Both the position numbers and the translations under genes were made by a program. A stretch of DNA of 64,000 nt, from assembly GCF_003018255.1 (NCBI RefSeq), contig NZ_CP027440.1; one strand, written 5' to 3'. Below the pieces are notes generated by a model, which was given only the letters and a program-made list of their open reading frames with translations, searched no databases and was not told the origin of the DNA. This document shows positions 11,652 to 27,058 of this stretch, in pieces. How positions within the stretch are numbered: position 1 is the first letter of the stretch; each line of letters begins with the position of its first letter. The DNA comes from Escherichia coli (GTDB taxonomy: Bacteria; Pseudomonadota; Gammaproteobacteria; Enterobacterales; Enterobacteriaceae).

Positions 11652-12614
11652 ATGGCAATTTCATCGCGTAACACACTTCTTGCCGCACTGGCATTCATCG
11701 CTTTTCAGGCACAGGCGGTGAACGTCACTGTGGCGTATCAAACTTCAGCCGAACCGGCGAAAGTGGCTCAGGCCGACAACACCTTTGCTAAAGAGAGCGG
11801 GGCGAGCGTTGACTGGCGTAAGTTTGACAGCGGAGCCAGCATCGTGCGGGCGCTGGCTTCTGGCGACGTGCAAATCGGTAACCTCGGTTCCAGCCCATTA
11901 GCGGTGGCAGCCAGCCAACAGGTGCCGATTGAAGTCTTCTTACTGGCGTCAAAACTGGGTAACTCCGAAGCGCTGGTGGTGAAGAAAACTATCAGCAAAC
12001 CGGAAGATCTGATTGGCAAGCGCATCGCCGTACCGTTTATCTCCACCACCCACTACAGCCTGCTGGCGGCGCTGAAACACTGGGGTATTAAACCTGGGCA
12101 AGTGGAGATTGTGAACCTGCAGCCGCCCGCAATTATCGCCGCCTGGCAGCGGGGAGATATTGATGGTGCTTATGTCTGGGCACCGGCGGTTAACGCGCTG
12201 GAAAAAGACGGCAAGGTGCTGACCGATTCTGAACAGGTCGGGCAGTGGGGCGCGCCGACGCTGGACGTCTGGGTCGTGCGGAAAGATTTTGCCGAGAAAC
12301 ATCCTGAGGTCGTGAAAGCGTTCGCTAAAAGCGCCATCGATGCTCAGCAACCGTACATTGCTAACCCAGACGCGTGGCTGAAACAGCCGGAAAACATCAG
12401 CAAACTGGCGCGGTTAAGCGGCGTGCCTGAAGGTGACGTTCCGGGGCTGGTGAAGGGGAATACCTATCTGACGCCGCAGCAGCAAACGGCAGAACTGACC
12501 GGACCGGTGAACAAAGCGATCATCGACACCGCGCAGTTTTTGAAAGAGCAGGGCAAAGTCCCCGCCGTGGCGAATGATTACAGCCAGTACGTTACCTCGC
12601 GCTTCGTGCAATAA
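11652..12614 (+). CDS. tauA: taurine ABC transporter periplasmic binding protein
   Basis: ATG 11652 (MAISSRNTLLAALAFIAFQAQA signal peptide), 320 aa; track ORF from 11595 is an upstream extension. Confidence 0.93.
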   Translation: MAISSRNTLLAALAFIAFQAQAVNVTVAYQTSAEPAKVAQADNTFAKESGASVDWRKFDSGASIVRALASGDVQIGNLGSSPLAVAASQQVPIEVFLLASKLGNSEALVVKKTISKPEDLIGKRIAVPFISTTHYSLLAALKHWGIKPGQVEIVNLQPPAIIAAWQRGDIDGAYVWAPAVNALEKDGKVLTDSEQVGQWGAPTLDVWVVRKDFAEKHPEVVKAFAKSAIDAQQPYIANPDAWLKQPENISKLARLSGVPEGDVPGLVKGNTYLTPQQQTAELTGPVNKAIIDTAQFLKEQGKVPAVANDYSQYVTSRFVQ

Positions 12615-12626
12615 AAGGAGGCGCAG

Positions 12627-13394
12627 ATGCTGCAAATTTCTCATCTTTACGCCGATTATGGCGGCAAACCGGCACTGGAAGATATCAACCTGACGCTGGA
12701 AAGCGGCGAGCTTCTGGTAGTTCTGGGGCCGTCTGGCTGCGGCAAAACCACCTTGCTGAATCTGATTGCCGGTTTTGTGCCTTATCAGCATGGCAGCATT
12801 CAACTGGCGGGTAAGTGCATTGAGGGACCGGGAGCAGAGCGGGGCGTGGTTTTTCAGAATGAAGGGCTGTTGCCGTGGCGTAATGTGGTAGACAACGTGG
12901 CGTTCGGCCTGCAACTGGCAGGTGTAGAGAAAATGCAGCGACTGGAAATCGCACACCAGATGGTGAAAAAAGTGGGGCTGGAAGGCGCAGAAAAACGCTA
13001 CATCTGGCAGCTTTCCGGTGGTCAACGTCAGCGGGTGGGGATTGCCCGCGCGTTGGCGGCAAATCCCCAGCTGTTATTACTCGACGAACCGTTTGGTGCG
13101 CTGGACGCCTTCACCCGCGACCAGATGCAAACCCTGCTGCTGAAACTCTGGCAGGAGACGGGAAAGCAGGTGCTGTTGATTACCCACGATATAGAAGAAG
13201 CGGTGTTTATGGCGACTGAACTGGTTCTGCTTTCACCCGGCCCAGGCCGTGTGCTGGAGCGGCTGCCGCTCAACTTTGCTCGCCGCTTTGTTGCGGGAGA
13301 GTCGAGCCGCAGCATCAAGTCCGATCCACAATTCATCGCCATGCGCGAATATGTTTTAAGCCGCGTATTTGAGCAACGGGAGGCGTTCTCATGA
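12627..13394 (+). CDS. tauB: taurine ABC transporter ATP-binding protein
   Basis: 255 aa; Walker [13 protein letters not shown] signature LSGGQRQR, Walker B LLLLDEP. Confidence 0.95.
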   Translation: MLQISHLYADYGGKPALEDINLTLESGELLVVLGPSGCGKTTLLNLIAGFVPYQHGSIQLAGKCIEGPGAERGVVFQNEGLLPWRNVVDNVAFGLQLAGVEKMQRLEIAHQMVKKVGLEGAEKRYIWQLSGGQRQRVGIARALAANPQLLLLDEPFGALDAFTRDQMQTLLLKLWQETGKQVLLITHDIEEAVFMATELVLLSPGPGRVLERLPLNFARRFVAGESSRSIKSDPQFIAMREYVLSRVFEQREAFS

Positions 13395-14218
13395 GTGTGC
13401 TCATTAATGAAAAACTGCATTCGCATCGGCTGAAATGGCGCTGGCCGCTCTCGCGTCAGGTGACCTTCAGCATTGGTACGTTAGCGGTTTTGCTCACTGT
13501 ATGGTGGGCAGTCGCGGCGCTGCAACTGATTAGCCCGCTGTTTTTACCGCCACCGCAACAGGTACTGGCAAAACTGCTCACCATTGCCGGGCCGCAGGGA
13601 TTTATGGACGCCACGCTGTGGCAGCATCTGGCAGCCAGCCTGACGCGCATTTTGCTGGCGCTACTCGCGGCGGTGTTGATCGGTATTCCGGTCGGGATCG
13701 CCATGGGGCTAAGCCCGACGGTGCGCGGCATTCTGGATCCGATAATCGAGCTTTATCGTCCGGTGCCGCCGCTGGCTTATTTGCCGCTGATGGTGATCTG
13801 GTTTGGTATTGGCGAAACCTCGAAGATCTTACTGATCTATTTAGCGATTTTTGCGCCGGTGGCGATGTCGGCGCTGGCGGGGGTGAAAAGCGCGCAGCAG
13901 GTTCGCATTCGTGCCGCCCAGTCGCTGGGTGCCAGCCGTGCGCAGGTGCTGTGGTTTGTCATTTTGCCCGGCGCGCTGCCGGAAATCCTCACCGGATTAC
14001 GCATTGGTCTGGGTGTGGGCTGGTCTACGCTGGTGGCGGCGGAGCTGATTGCCGCAACGCGCGGTTTAGGATTTATGGTTCAGTCAGCGGGTGAATTTCT
14101 CGCGACTGACGTGGTGCTGGCGGGGATCGCGGTGATTGCGATTATCGCCTTTCTTTTAGAACTGGGTCTGCGCGCGTTACAGCGCCGCCTGACGCCCTGG
14201 CATGGAGAAGTACAATGA
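13391..14218 (+). CDS. tauC: taurine ABC transporter permease
   Basis: 275 aa, polytopic; ATGA overlap with tauB and tauD. Confidence 0.95.
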   Translation: MSVLINEKLHSHRLKWRWPLSRQVTFSIGTLAVLLTVWWAVAALQLISPLFLPPPQQVLAKLLTIAGPQGFMDATLWQHLAASLTRILLALLAAVLIGIPVGIAMGLSPTVRGILDPIIELYRPVPPLAYLPLMVIWFGIGETSKILLIYLAIFAPVAMSALAGVKSAQQVRIRAAQSLGASRAQVLWFVILPGALPEILTGLRIGLGVGWSTLVAAELIAATRGLGFMVQSAGEFLATDVVLAGIAVIAIIAFLLELGLRALQRRLTPWHGEVQ

Positions 14219-15066
14219 GTGAACGTCTGAGCATTACCCCGCTGGGGCCGTATATTGGCGCACAAATTACGGGGGCCGACTTAACGCGCCCGTTAAGCGA
14301 TAATCAGTTTGAACAGCTTTACCATGCGGTGCTGCGCCATCAGGTGGTGTTTCTGCGCGATCAAGCTATTACGCCGCAGCAGCAACGCGCGCTGGCCCAG
14401 CGTTTTGGCGAGCTGCATATTCACCCTGTTTACCCTCATGCTGAAGGGGTTGACGAGATCATCGTCCTGGATACCCATAACGATAATCCGCCGGATAACG
14501 ACAACTGGCACACCGATGTGACATTTATTCAAACGCCACCCGCAGGGGCGATTCTGGCGGCGAAAGAGTTACCCTCGACCGGCGGCGATACGCTCTGGGC
14601 CAGTGGTATTGCCGCATATGAGGCGCTCTCTGTTCCCTTCCGCCAGCTGTTGAGCGGGTTGCGTGCGGAGCATGATTTCCGTAAATCGTTCCCGGAATAC
14701 AAGTACCGCAAAACCGAGGCTGAGCATCAACGCTGGCGTGAGGCGGTCGCGAAAAATCCACCGTTGCTACATCCGGTGGTGCGAACGCATCCGGTGACCG
14801 GTAAACAGGCGCTGTTTGTGAATGAAGGCTTTACCACGCGAATTGTTGATGTCAGCGAGAAAGAGAGCGAAGCCTTGCTGGGCTTTTTATTTGCCCACAT
14901 CACCAAACCGGAGTTTCAGGTGCGCTGGTGCTGGCAACCAAATGATATTGCGATTTGGGATAACCGCGTAACCCAGCACTATGCCAATGCGGATTACCTG
15001 CCACAGCGGCGGATAATGCATCGGGCGACGATTCTTGGGGATAAACCGTTTTATCGGGCGGGGTAA
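14215..15066 (+). CDS. tauD: taurine dioxygenase (alpha-ketoglutarate-dependent)
   Basis: 283 aa; recognised as TauD, with His-x-Asp metal-binding region WHTDVTF. Confidence 0.95.
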   Translation: MSERLSITPLGPYIGAQITGADLTRPLSDNQFEQLYHAVLRHQVVFLRDQAITPQQQRALAQRFGELHIHPVYPHAEGVDEIIVLDTHNDNPPDNDNWHTDVTFIQTPPAGAILAAKELPSTGGDTLWASGIAAYEALSVPFRQLLSGLRAEHDFRKSFPEYKYRKTEAEHQRWREAVAKNPPLLHPVVRTHPVTGKQALFVNEGFTTRIVDVSEKESEALLGFLFAHITKPEFQVRWCWQPNDIAIWDNRVTQHYANADYLPQRRIMHRATILGDKPFYRAG

Positions 15067-15073
15067 GGGGGAA

Positions 15074-15097
15074 ATGCCGGGTTGGATAACCCGGCAT
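15074..15097. terminator. bidirectional hairpin between convergent tauD and hemB
   Basis: atgccgggtt-ggat-aacccggcat perfect 10-bp stem in the 39-bp convergent spacer. Confidence 0.6.
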
Positions 15098-15105
15098 AAT
15101 GATCA

Positions 15106-16080
15106 TTAACGCAGAATCTTCTTCTCAGCCAAATCCAGCGCAAAGTAGCTGAAAATCAGATCCGCACCCGCACGCTTAATCGAACCTAAGCTTTCGAGCA
15201 CGACTTTCTCTTCATCTATAGCACCCGCCAGCGCGGCGAACTTAATCATCGCGTACTCACCGCTCACCTGATACGCGCCAATCGGCAATTCAGTACGTTC
15301 ACGCAGCTCACGCACGATGTCGAGGTATGCTCCGGCAGGTTTAACCATCAGGCAGTCTGCGCCCTGGGCTTCATCCAGCAGTGACTCACGAATCGCCTCA
15401 CGACGGTTCATTGGGTTCATCTGATAGCTTTTGCGGTCGCCTTTTAATGCGCTTCCGGCAGCTTCACGGAACGGGCCATAAAAGGAGGAGGCGAACTTGG
15501 TCGAATACGACATAATCGCCGTATCTTTAAAGCCCGCAGCGTCCAGCGCCTGGCGAATCGCCTGTACCTGACCATCCATCGCAGCGGAAGGGGCGATGAA
15601 ATCTGCGCCTGCAGCAGCTGCAACCACGGCTTGCTTGCCTAAATTTTCCAGAGTCGCGTCGTTGTCGACGCCATGCTCGCACAGCACACCGCAGTGACCG
15701 TGAGAAGTGTATTCACAGAAACAAGTGTCTGACATGACGATCATTTCTGGCACAGTCTGCTTGCAGATGCGCGACATACGCGCCACCAGTCCATCTTCCC
15801 GCCAGGCGTCGCTGCCGGTTTCATCGGTATGGTGAGAGATGCCGAAAGTCATCACGGAACGAATACCGGCGTTGGCGATGCGTTCAATTTCGCGTGCCAG
15901 ATGTTTCTCTGGAATGCGCATCACGCCTGGCATGGCTTCAACGGCTTTGTAGTCGTCAATTTCTTCTTCAACAAAGATCGGCAACACCAGGTCGTTAAGG
16001 CTAAGTGTTGTCTCTTCAAACATAGCGCGCAGCGCAGGAGATTTGCGCAGGCGACGAGGGCGTTGGATTAAATCTGTCAT
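15106..16080 (-). CDS. hemB: porphobilinogen synthase (delta-aminolevulinate dehydratase)
   Basis: ATG at 16078-16080 ([13 protein letters not shown]...), 324 aa; track ORF extends 11 codons further. Confidence 0.95.
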
Positions 16081-16606
16081 GGTCTGCCTGATGTTTGTGG
16101 AATCGAGGAGCATAGTATACCTGAAGCAGGCTGGGTGTGTTTTACGAAAGTTGTCGCGATGTTGACAAAAAGAGAATGAAAAAGAGGTCAGGACATCTTT
16201 GTAATAGAAATAGCAATAATTTCATATTCACTGAAAATATTTTTTAATTTTTATTTATAGCCATAGATTATTGTTTTTGGGGATTTGGTGACGTTTTCAA
16301 AAAGTGAATAACTTAAAGTTCATTGCTTATTGATACATTATTTGTCTGTTTTGGTTGTTTTATATTTTCATGGTCTATGTTTTAAAATTAACGCTTTCGT
16401 TAACGTATTGAAATATTGTGTTTTTGTTATTTCTTTCTTTGTGTGTGTTCACGTGCTTTATATATGTCCGCAATCGGACTTAGGGGAAAGAATAATTGAA
16501 CCATTCCTCTATAACGCCGCATAATCGTAAACGCGAAACATAATATGTTTTCTATGCATTGATAATTGATGGATCAACTTATTACGTCCCTGAGGAGGGA
16601 TGACAA

Positions 16607-19576
<2,970 letters not shown>

Positions 19577-19577
19577 A

Positions 19578-19636
<59 letters not shown>

Positions 19637-19637
19637 A

Positions 19638-20264
<627 letters not shown>

Positions 20265-21422
20265 TCAGGATGCGGGGATAACCAACGGTTTATTCCCGCT
20301 TAGCTCGGTCACCAGGTCATTGATGCCATCGCTCATATTTTTGAAGCGCGTCAATGGCGAACGAGTGACCACCACAAATGCGCCAATGTTCTTCTGCGGG
20401 ATCATCGCCATATAGGTAATGAAACCGCCACCACCACCTGTCTTCTGAATAATCCCTGGACGACCCTCTTTCGGGGCCATATATACCCAGCCTAAACCAA
20501 GCGCATCCGCTTTGCCGGGGACATCCATGCCAATCACTTTTGTAAACTGCGCGCGCTGATAAATCAACGTCTGCATGCGATCAGCCTGGTTACTGCGCTG
20601 ATAAAAATCAGATGACAAATACTGCTGCATCCAGCGCATCATATCGCCTGGCGTGGAATAGACGCCGCCGCTGCCAATTGCCGCCAGCGTGTTATTGCAC
20701 GGACTGGCACCGCGCTCAGCAACCATTAAACGGCGGCACTGATCCGGTGAGGGGGTGTAGGTGGTGTCTTTCATCCCCAACGGACGGGTAATCTGCTCTT
20801 CAAACAGCTGGGTATAAGGCTTGCCGGACGCATTCGCCAGTGCATCTGCCAGCAGATCGAATGCGAGGTTGGAGTACGCCGCCTGACTGCCTGGCGCGGC
20901 TTTCAGCTTCGCCGTAGAAAGGTATTTCCAGCGTTGCTCGCGCGTTGGCCAGACAAATACCGGACGATGTGCCGCGCCACCGGGCTGTTCACGGGGCAGG
21001 GCGCTGGTATGGGTTGCCAGATTCACCAGCGTAATGGGCGTCCCATTGTAGGTCGGTACACGTGCGCCTGGTGGAGCATATTTACTTAGCGGATCGTTTA
21101 ACTTCACGGTCCCCTGGTCGAGCAATTTCACCAGCATCTCACTGGTCATTAACTTGGTGAGGGAAGCAATACGTATGACGGAATCCAGCTGCGGGCGAAC
21201 GTTATTACCAGGTCGCGTTTCGCCATAACTGCGAAAGACGCGCTGGTTACCGTCGATAACAACCAGCGCCATCCCCGTGGCACCGCTGCCGTAAAAAATA
21301 TGATCGGCATAACGATCGACAATATCAGAGGCAAACTCCGGTTCAGTGATCGGCTGCGCCGCATGGACGGAGGTCAATGACGCCGCACACAGCACGGCAG
21401 AAAAAAGCAGACTACGTTTCAA
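20265..21422 (-). CDS. ampH: penicillin-binding protein AmpH (class C beta-lactamase fold DD-peptidase)
   Basis: 385 aa; TTG start at 21420-21422 read from the DNA; signal peptide; S-x-x-K motif (ASLTK); recognised as AmpH. Confidence 0.93.
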   Translation of the reverse strand: MKRSLLFSAVLCAASLTSVHAAQPITEPEFASDIVDRYADHIFYGSGATGMALVVIDGNQRVFRSYGETRPGNNVRPQLDSVIRIASLTKLMTSEMLVKLLDQGTVKLNDPLSKYAPPGARVPTYNGTPITLVNLATHTSALPREQPGGAAHRPVFVWPTREQRWKYLSTAKLKAAPGSQAAYSNLAFDLLADALANASGKPYTQLFEEQITRPLGMKDTTYTPSPDQCRRLMVAERGASPCNNTLAAIGSGGVYSTPGDMMRWMQQYLSSDFYQRSNQADRMQTLIYQRAQFTKVIGMDVPGKADALGLGWVYMAPKEGRPGIIQKTGGGGGFITYMAMIPQKNIGAFVVVTRSPLTRFKNMSDGINDLVTELSGNKPLVIPAS

Positions 21423-21773
21423 CGGTGGTGTCCATAGATTGAATGAAGGTAACTGAGCGTATTTATACTACTCATTGATGGATTGCAAAGGGCGAATTAG
21501 TGCAATAATAGTGTTAAAAACGTAACGGCGCGTAAACACGATCTTTTTCCTGCTCACCAATGCCTGCATTTGTGATCCTGCGCGTGTTAATCCGCTTACG
21601 TAAACAATCTTTGGTTTGTGAAATCCGTCGAAACAATTCTTATGCTCAGGCTGGCGAACTAAGCGCCTTGCTATGGGTCACAATGGGCGGTTTCATTTGG
21701 CTGACGCTTTGTAGCGGTCATGCGGTTAATACACAGCAGTTGTTAAAACGATAAGAAGTTAGCAGGAGTGCAT

Positions 21774-22994
21774 ATGTTTAAGTCTTTTTTCCCAAAGCCG
21801 GGACCGTTTTTTCTCTCGGCCTTTGTTTGGGCATTGATTGCCGTTATCTTCTGGCAAGCCGGTGGGGGGGATTGGGTGGCGCGTATCACCGGCGCTTCCG
21901 GGCAGATCCCGATTAGCGCCGCGCGTTTCTGGTCGTTGGATTTCCTGATTTTTTACGCTTACTACATTGTTTGCGTAGGAATTTTTGCATTGTTCTGGTT
22001 TATCTATAGCCCGCACCGTTGGCAATACTGGTCAATACTCGGTACTGCGCTGATTATCTTCGTCACCTGGTTTTTGGTGGAAGTCGGGGTTGCCGTCAAC
22101 GCCTGGTATGCGCCGTTCTATGATCTGATTCAAACGGCGCTAAGTTCGCCGCATAAAGTCACCATCGAACAATTTTACCGCGAAGTGGGCGTCTTTCTGG
22201 GGATTGCGCTGATCGCGGTGGTGATCAGTGTGCTGAACAACTTCTTTGTCAGTCACTACGTGTTCCGCTGGCGTACGGCGATGAACGAATATTACATGGC
22301 GAACTGGCAACAACTGCGTCATATCGAAGGGGCCGCGCAGCGTGTGCAGGAAGACACCATGCGTTTTGCTTCAACGCTGGAGAATATGGGCGTCAGCTTT
22401 ATCAACGCTATCATGACGTTGATCGCCTTCCTGCCGGTGCTGGTAACGCTCTCCGCACATGTGCCGGAGCTGCCGATTGTCGGGCACATTCCGTATGGTC
22501 TGGTGATTGCCGCTATCGTCTGGTCGCTGATGGGGACCGGATTACTGGCAGTGGTAGGGATCAAACTGCCGGGGCTGGAGTTTAAAAACCAGCGTGTAGA
22601 GGCTGCCTACCGTAAAGAGCTGGTTTATGGTGAAGACGATGCCACGCGCGCGACGCCGCCTACGGTACGCGAGCTGTTTAGCGCCGTACGGAAAAACTAT
22701 TTCCGCCTCTATTTTCACTATATGTATTTCAACATCGCCCGCATTCTCTATTTGCAGGTCGATAACGTTTTCGGTTTGTTCTTGCTGTTTCCGTCAATTG
22801 TTGCCGGTACGATTACGCTCGGCCTGATGACGCAGATTACTAACGTTTTTGGTCAGGTTCGCGGTGCTTTCCAGTACCTGATTAACTCATGGACCACACT
22901 GGTTGAGTTGATGTCTATCTACAAACGTCTGCGCAGCTTTGAACATGAGCTGGATGGTGACAAAATTCAGGAAGTAACCCATACCTTGAGCTAA
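21774..22994 (+). CDS. sbmA: peptide antibiotic/antimicrobial peptide importer SbmA
   Basis: ATG 21774 ([13 protein letters not shown]...), 406 aa, polytopic membrane protein. Confidence 0.95.
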   Translation: MFKSFFPKPGPFFLSAFVWALIAVIFWQAGGGDWVARITGASGQIPISAARFWSLDFLIFYAYYIVCVGIFALFWFIYSPHRWQYWSILGTALIIFVTWFLVEVGVAVNAWYAPFYDLIQTALSSPHKVTIEQFYREVGVFLGIALIAVVISVLNNFFVSHYVFRWRTAMNEYYMANWQQLRHIEGAAQRVQEDTMRFASTLENMGVSFINAIMTLIAFLPVLVTLSAHVPELPIVGHIPYGLVIAAIVWSLMGTGLLAVVGIKLPGLEFKNQRVEAAYRKELVYGEDDATRATPPTVRELFSAVRKNYFRLYFHYMYFNIARILYLQVDNVFGLFLLFPSIVAGTITLGLMTQITNVFGQVRGAFQYLINSWTTLVELMSIYKRLRSFEHELDGDKIQEVTHTLS

Positions 22995-23006
22995 AAAGGA
23001 GAAGTA

Positions 23007-24101
23007 ATGTCGCGCGTCAATCATCTATCTTCGCTGTCATTGTTGGCGGTTCTGGTTTTAGCGGGATGTAGTAGTCAGGCTCCGCAACCGTTGAAAAAGG
23101 GCGAAAAAGCGATAGATGTGGCGAGCGTCGTGCGGCAGAAGATGCCTGCGAGCGTGAAAGACCGCGATGCCTGGGCGAAAGATCTCGCCACCACGTTTGA
23201 AAGTCAGGGGCTGGCACCGACGCTGGAAAACGTCTGCTCGGTGCTGGCGGTGGCGCAGCAGGAGTCAAATTATCAGGCAGATCCGGCTGTTCCGGGCTTA
23301 AGCAAGATCGCCTGGCAAGAGATTGACCGTCGTGCTGAACGGATGCACATTCCTGCTTTTCTGGTGCATACCGCGCTAAAAATCAAATCGCCAAACGGCA
23401 AAAGCTATAGCGAACGGTTAGATTCGGTGCGTACTGAAAAGCAATTGAGCGCGATTTTTGACGATCTGATCAGCATGGTGCCGATGGGGCAGACGTTGTT
23501 TGGTTCGCTTAATCCGGTGCGCACCGGTGGGCCGATGCAGGTCAGCATTGCCTTTGCCGAACAGCATACCAAAGGGTATCCGTGGAAAATGGACGGTACA
23601 GTCCGTCAGGAAGTCTTCAGTCGTCGCGGCGGGTTGTGGTTTGGTACTTACCATTTACTGAATTATCCCGCCAGCTATAGCGCGCCGATATACCGTTTTG
23701 CTGATTTTAACGCTGGCTGGTACGCCAGCCGTAATGCCGCGTTTCAGAACGCGGTCAGTAAGGTCAGCGGCGTGAAGCTGGCACTGGACGGTGATTTAAT
23801 TCGTTACGACAGTAAAGAGCCCGGGAAAACCGAACTGGCAACGCGCAAACTGGCGGGAAAACTGGGGATGAGCGACAGTGAAATTCGCCGCCAGTTAGAG
23901 AAAGGGGACAGCTTCTCTTTTGAGGAGACGGCGCTGTACAAGAAAGTTTATCAACTTGCCGAAGCGAAAACGGGTAAATCACTACCCCGCGAAATGTTGC
24001 CTGGCATTCAACTGGAAAGCCCGAAAATCACCCGCAACCTGACTACGGCCTGGTTTGCGAAGCGCGTAGACGAACGGCGGGCGCGTTGTATGAAACAGTG
24101 A
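23007..24101 (+). CDS. yaiW: surface-exposed outer-membrane lipoprotein YaiW
   Basis: 364 aa; lipobox LAGCSS; 12 bp downstream of sbmA, so probably co-transcribed. Confidence 0.9.
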   Translation: MSRVNHLSSLSLLAVLVLAGCSSQAPQPLKKGEKAIDVASVVRQKMPASVKDRDAWAKDLATTFESQGLAPTLENVCSVLAVAQQESNYQADPAVPGLSKIAWQEIDRRAERMHIPAFLVHTALKIKSPNGKSYSERLDSVRTEKQLSAIFDDLISMVPMGQTLFGSLNPVRTGGPMQVSIAFAEQHTKGYPWKMDGTVRQEVFSRRGGLWFGTYHLLNYPASYSAPIYRFADFNAGWYASRNAAFQNAVSKVSGVKLALDGDLIRYDSKEPGKTELATRKLAGKLGMSDSEIRRQLEKGDSFSFEETALYKKVYQLAEAKTGKSLPREMLPGIQLESPKITRNLTTAWFAKRVDERRARCMKQ

Positions 24102-24158
24102 TCAAACAGGAATGTCATGCCAGATAAAGCGTTTTAGGTCCTATCTGGCAAGTAAATC

Positions 24159-24467
24159 TTACTGGCGGTGATGTCGCCAGTGCAGCCATAGCGCCACTAC
24201 TGCAAAAATGAGGCAGCCAACTAAAAACGGGATCAGCCCGAAAATGGTGCCGACACCTAAACCAATTTCCACCCGTGGGCGACCTGTTTCCTGGACCTGC
24301 ATTAAGCGCTCATAGACGCCGGGCGCATGCACTAACAGGTTCAGCAATTGCGCCCCAGCCCAAAAGCAAAACAGCACAAACAACGCATAGGCAATGTTGC
24401 CAGGCGTTGAAGAGGCATTGCGATATTTTCCGCTAAACAGCGATTTTGACAGGGTGAAATCAGCCAT
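24159..24467 (-). CDS. yaiY: small inner-membrane protein YaiY (DUF2755)
   Basis: 102 aa with hydrophobic segments; recognised as YaiY. Confidence 0.85.
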   Translation of the reverse strand: MADFTLSKSLFSGKYRNASSTPGNIAYALFVLFCFWAGAQLLNLLVHAPGVYERLMQVQETGRPRVEIGLGVGTIFGLIPFLVGCLIFAVVALWLHWRHHRQ

Positions 24468-24726
24468 AAAAACCTCCGGAAGTCATCTGCTTCTCTTCTG
24501 GTGTGATACCAGCGGCTTATGGCAAGTCTGACAGGTCATTAAGATTGTCAATATCAGAATCATGGTAAATTGATGTTGGGAATATTCCCGAAGCGTGAAT
24601 CTTCGTCGTGAGTCACAAAATGACAACCTTAAGTTAAATTTATTAACAATTACGGAAATGTTGTCTACGCCACAGACGGATGTTGCAGAATATGCAAGGA
24701 TGTTGTTTTTCGTTAACGGAGCTGCC

Positions 24727-24939
24727 ATGAACTTGCCTGTAAAAATCCGCCGTGACTGGCACTACTATGCGTTCGCCATTGGCCTTATATTCATTCTTAA
24801 TGGCGTGGTGGGTTTACTGGGATTTGAAGCAAAAGGTTGGCAGACCTATGCCGTCGGTCTGGTGACGTGGGTGATTAGTTTCTGGCTGGCGGGGCTGATT
24901 ATTCGTCGTCGCGATGAAGAAACTGAAAACGCCCAATAA
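24727..24939 (+). CDS. yaiZ: small membrane protein YaiZ (DUF2754)
   Basis: ATG 24727 (MNLPVKIRRDWHYYAFAIG...), 70 aa; track ORF from 24595 is an extension. Confidence 0.8.
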   Translation: MNLPVKIRRDWHYYAFAIGLIFILNGVVGLLGFEAKGWQTYAVGLVTWVISFWLAGLIIRRRDEETENAQ

Positions 24940-24984
24940 CAGAGGATTGGGCGTTCTGGGGGCTGACAAAGTGCTCGTTGTTTT

Positions 24985-25087
24985 TGCCGGATGCGGCGCG
25001 AACGCCTTACCCTGCCTACAAAATCATGCAAAATCAGTATATTGCAATTATCTGGTAGGCCTGATAAGCAAAGCGCATCAGGCAATC
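24985..25087. repeat. REP pair (BIME) between yaiZ and ddlA
   Basis: gccggatgcggcgcgaacgccttaccctgcctac and gtaggcctgataagcaaagcgcatcaggc in inverted orientation. Confidence 0.7.
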
Positions 25088-25141
25088 TTACGTTTGCCAT
25101 CAGTCTTAAATGCCCAATAAAAGTTATCAGGCATTTAAAAA

Positions 25142-26236
25142 TTACATTGTGGTTTTCAATGCGTTATCCGCAGCGTGACGCTCCAGCGCCAGCTCAATCA
25201 AACGCGTGATCAGGTCGGTGTAACCCAGACCGCTGGCTTGCCACAGCTTCGGATACATACTGATGTTGGTGAAGCCAGGCAGTGTGTTGATCTCGTTGAT
25301 CACCACTTCGTTCTCTGGGGTTAAAAACACGTCTACACGCGCCATGCCTGCGCATCCCAACGTCTGATAAGCCTGAACGGCAATCGCCCGGATCTTATCG
25401 TTGATTTCTGGCGCAATGGCTGCCGGAACTACCACTTTCGCGCCATCTTCGTCAATGTACTTGGTGTCGTAGGCATAGAAATCGCTGGTGAGTACGATCT
25501 CGCCACAGGTGCTGGCTTGCGGATTGTCGTTGCCCAGAACTGCGCATTCGATCTCACGACCTTTTATCCCTTGCTCAACGATCACTTTATGATCGAACTC
25601 GAACGCCAGATCGACGGCAATTGCGTACTGTTCTTCGCTGGTTACTTTGCTGACACCAACAGAAGAGCCCTGATTAGCCGGTTTTACAAACAGTGGTAAC
25701 CCCAGTTTAGACTCTACTTCGGCAAAACTGATGTTGTTACGATTAGCGCGCGTCAGGGTAATAAATGGCGCAATGTTCAGCCCGGCATCGCGCAGCAGAC
25801 GTTTGGTGACATCTTTGTCCATACAGGCTGCTGAAGCCAGAACATCTGAACCTACAAACGGTAAATTGGCGACCCGCAGCATTCCCTGCAAGGAACCATC
25901 TTCGCCCAGCGTACCGTGGACAATCGGGAAAATGACATCCACCGTCGGCAACGGCTGACCGTTTTGCGCGTCGATAAGCTGATGCTCATGTTTACCTGGC
26001 ACTTGCGCAAGGCTGGTCGCCGAAGGGCGCAACGCAATATGGGCAGGATCGTCTGCATTTAGCAGATAATTGCTGGCATCGCTGACGTGCCATTGCCCTT
26101 GTTTATCAATGCCCAGCAGCACAACGTCGAAGCGACTTTTATCAATGGCATCGACAATATTTTTTGCCGATTGCAGAGACACTTCATGTTCCGCTGATTT
26201 ACCACCAAAAACGATTCCTACCCGCAGTTTTTCCAT
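25142..26236 (-). CDS. ddlA: D-alanine--D-alanine ligase A
   Basis: 364 aa; ATP-grasp fold; recognised as DdlA. Confidence 0.95.
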   Translation of the reverse strand: MEKLRVGIVFGGKSAEHEVSLQSAKNIVDAIDKSRFDVVLLGIDKQGQWHVSDASNYLLNADDPAHIALRPSATSLAQVPGKHEHQLIDAQNGQPLPTVDVIFPIVHGTLGEDGSLQGMLRVANLPFVGSDVLASAACMDKDVTKRLLRDAGLNIAPFITLTRANRNNISFAEVESKLGLPLFVKPANQGSSVGVSKVTSEEQYAIAVDLAFEFDHKVIVEQGIKGREIECAVLGNDNPQASTCGEIVLTSDFYAYDTKYIDEDGAKVVVPAAIAPEINDKIRAIAVQAYQTLGCAGMARVDVFLTPENEVVINEINTLPGFTNISMYPKLWQASGLGYTDLITRLIELALERHAADNALKTTM

Positions 26237-26698
26237 CTTAAAAACCTATCCCGTCTAACACAAAGTGCATACATTACCACGACAAAACGGGGGATTCGCG
26301 GCCTTCTGACAGAATGTTGCAATCTTCTGCTGACAAAGCGTGCAACGTACTGGTGAAGAAAGTGCGTTATCTCAATGATGTGCGCAAGATCACAAAAATG
26401 ATGAACGGGAAGCTAATTTATTCCTGGCTTGTATGGCCATGCAGTGAGTTTTTTTCTCTTAATTATAAGTTAACGAAGAGAATATATTTCATAACTTTTA
26501 TTTATAATAAAGGTTGATAATTAAAAGCCTATATTTTGTGTGGGTAATTATTAAAATAAGAGAAACGTTTCGCTGGTAATCAAACAAAAAATATTTGCGC
26601 AAAGTATTTCCCTTGTCATAAAAATAATACTTCCAGACACTATGAAGTTGTGAAACATAATGTTAACTTCTCCATACTTTGGATAAGGAAATACAGAC

Positions 26699-26959
26699 AT
26701 GAAAAATCTCATTGCTGAGTTGTTATTTAAGCTTGCCCAAAAAGAAGAAGAGTCGAAAGAACTGTGCGCGCAGGTAGAAGCTTTGGAGATTATCGTCACT
26801 GCAATGCTTCGCAATATGGCGCAAAATGACCAACAGAGGTTGATTGATCAGGTAGAGGGGGCGCTGTACGAGGTAAAGCCCGATGCCAGCATTCCTGACG
26901 ACGATACGGAGCTGCTGCGCAATTATGTAAAGAAGTTATTGAAGCATCCTCGTCAGTAA
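26699..26959 (+). CDS. iraP: anti-adaptor protein IraP (RpoS stabiliser)
   Basis: 86 aa ([30 protein letters not shown]...), coiled-coil-like. Confidence 0.9.
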   Translation: MKNLIAELLFKLAQKEEESKELCAQVEALEIIVTAMLRNMAQNDQQRLIDQVEGALYEVKPDASIPDDDTELLRNYVKKLLKHPRQ

Positions 26960-26979
26960 AAAGTTAATCTTTTCAACAG

Positions 26980-26997
26980 CTGTCATAAAGCTGTCAC
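26980..26997 (+). promoter_or_regulatory. Pho box (PhoB binding site) of the phoA promoter
   Basis: ctgtcataaagctgtcac matches the direct-repeat CTGTCAT consensus; -10 tatagt at 27008-27013. Confidence 0.85.
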
Positions 26998-27058
26998 GGC
27001 CGAGACTTATAGTCGCTTTGTTTTTATTTTTAATGTATTTGTACATGGAGAAAATAAA

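Noticed and set aside
12414-13025. 203-codon minus-strand ORF overlapping tauA/tauB
   Set aside because: Antisense to two genes with clear ABC-transporter motifs; no SD; shadow ORF.
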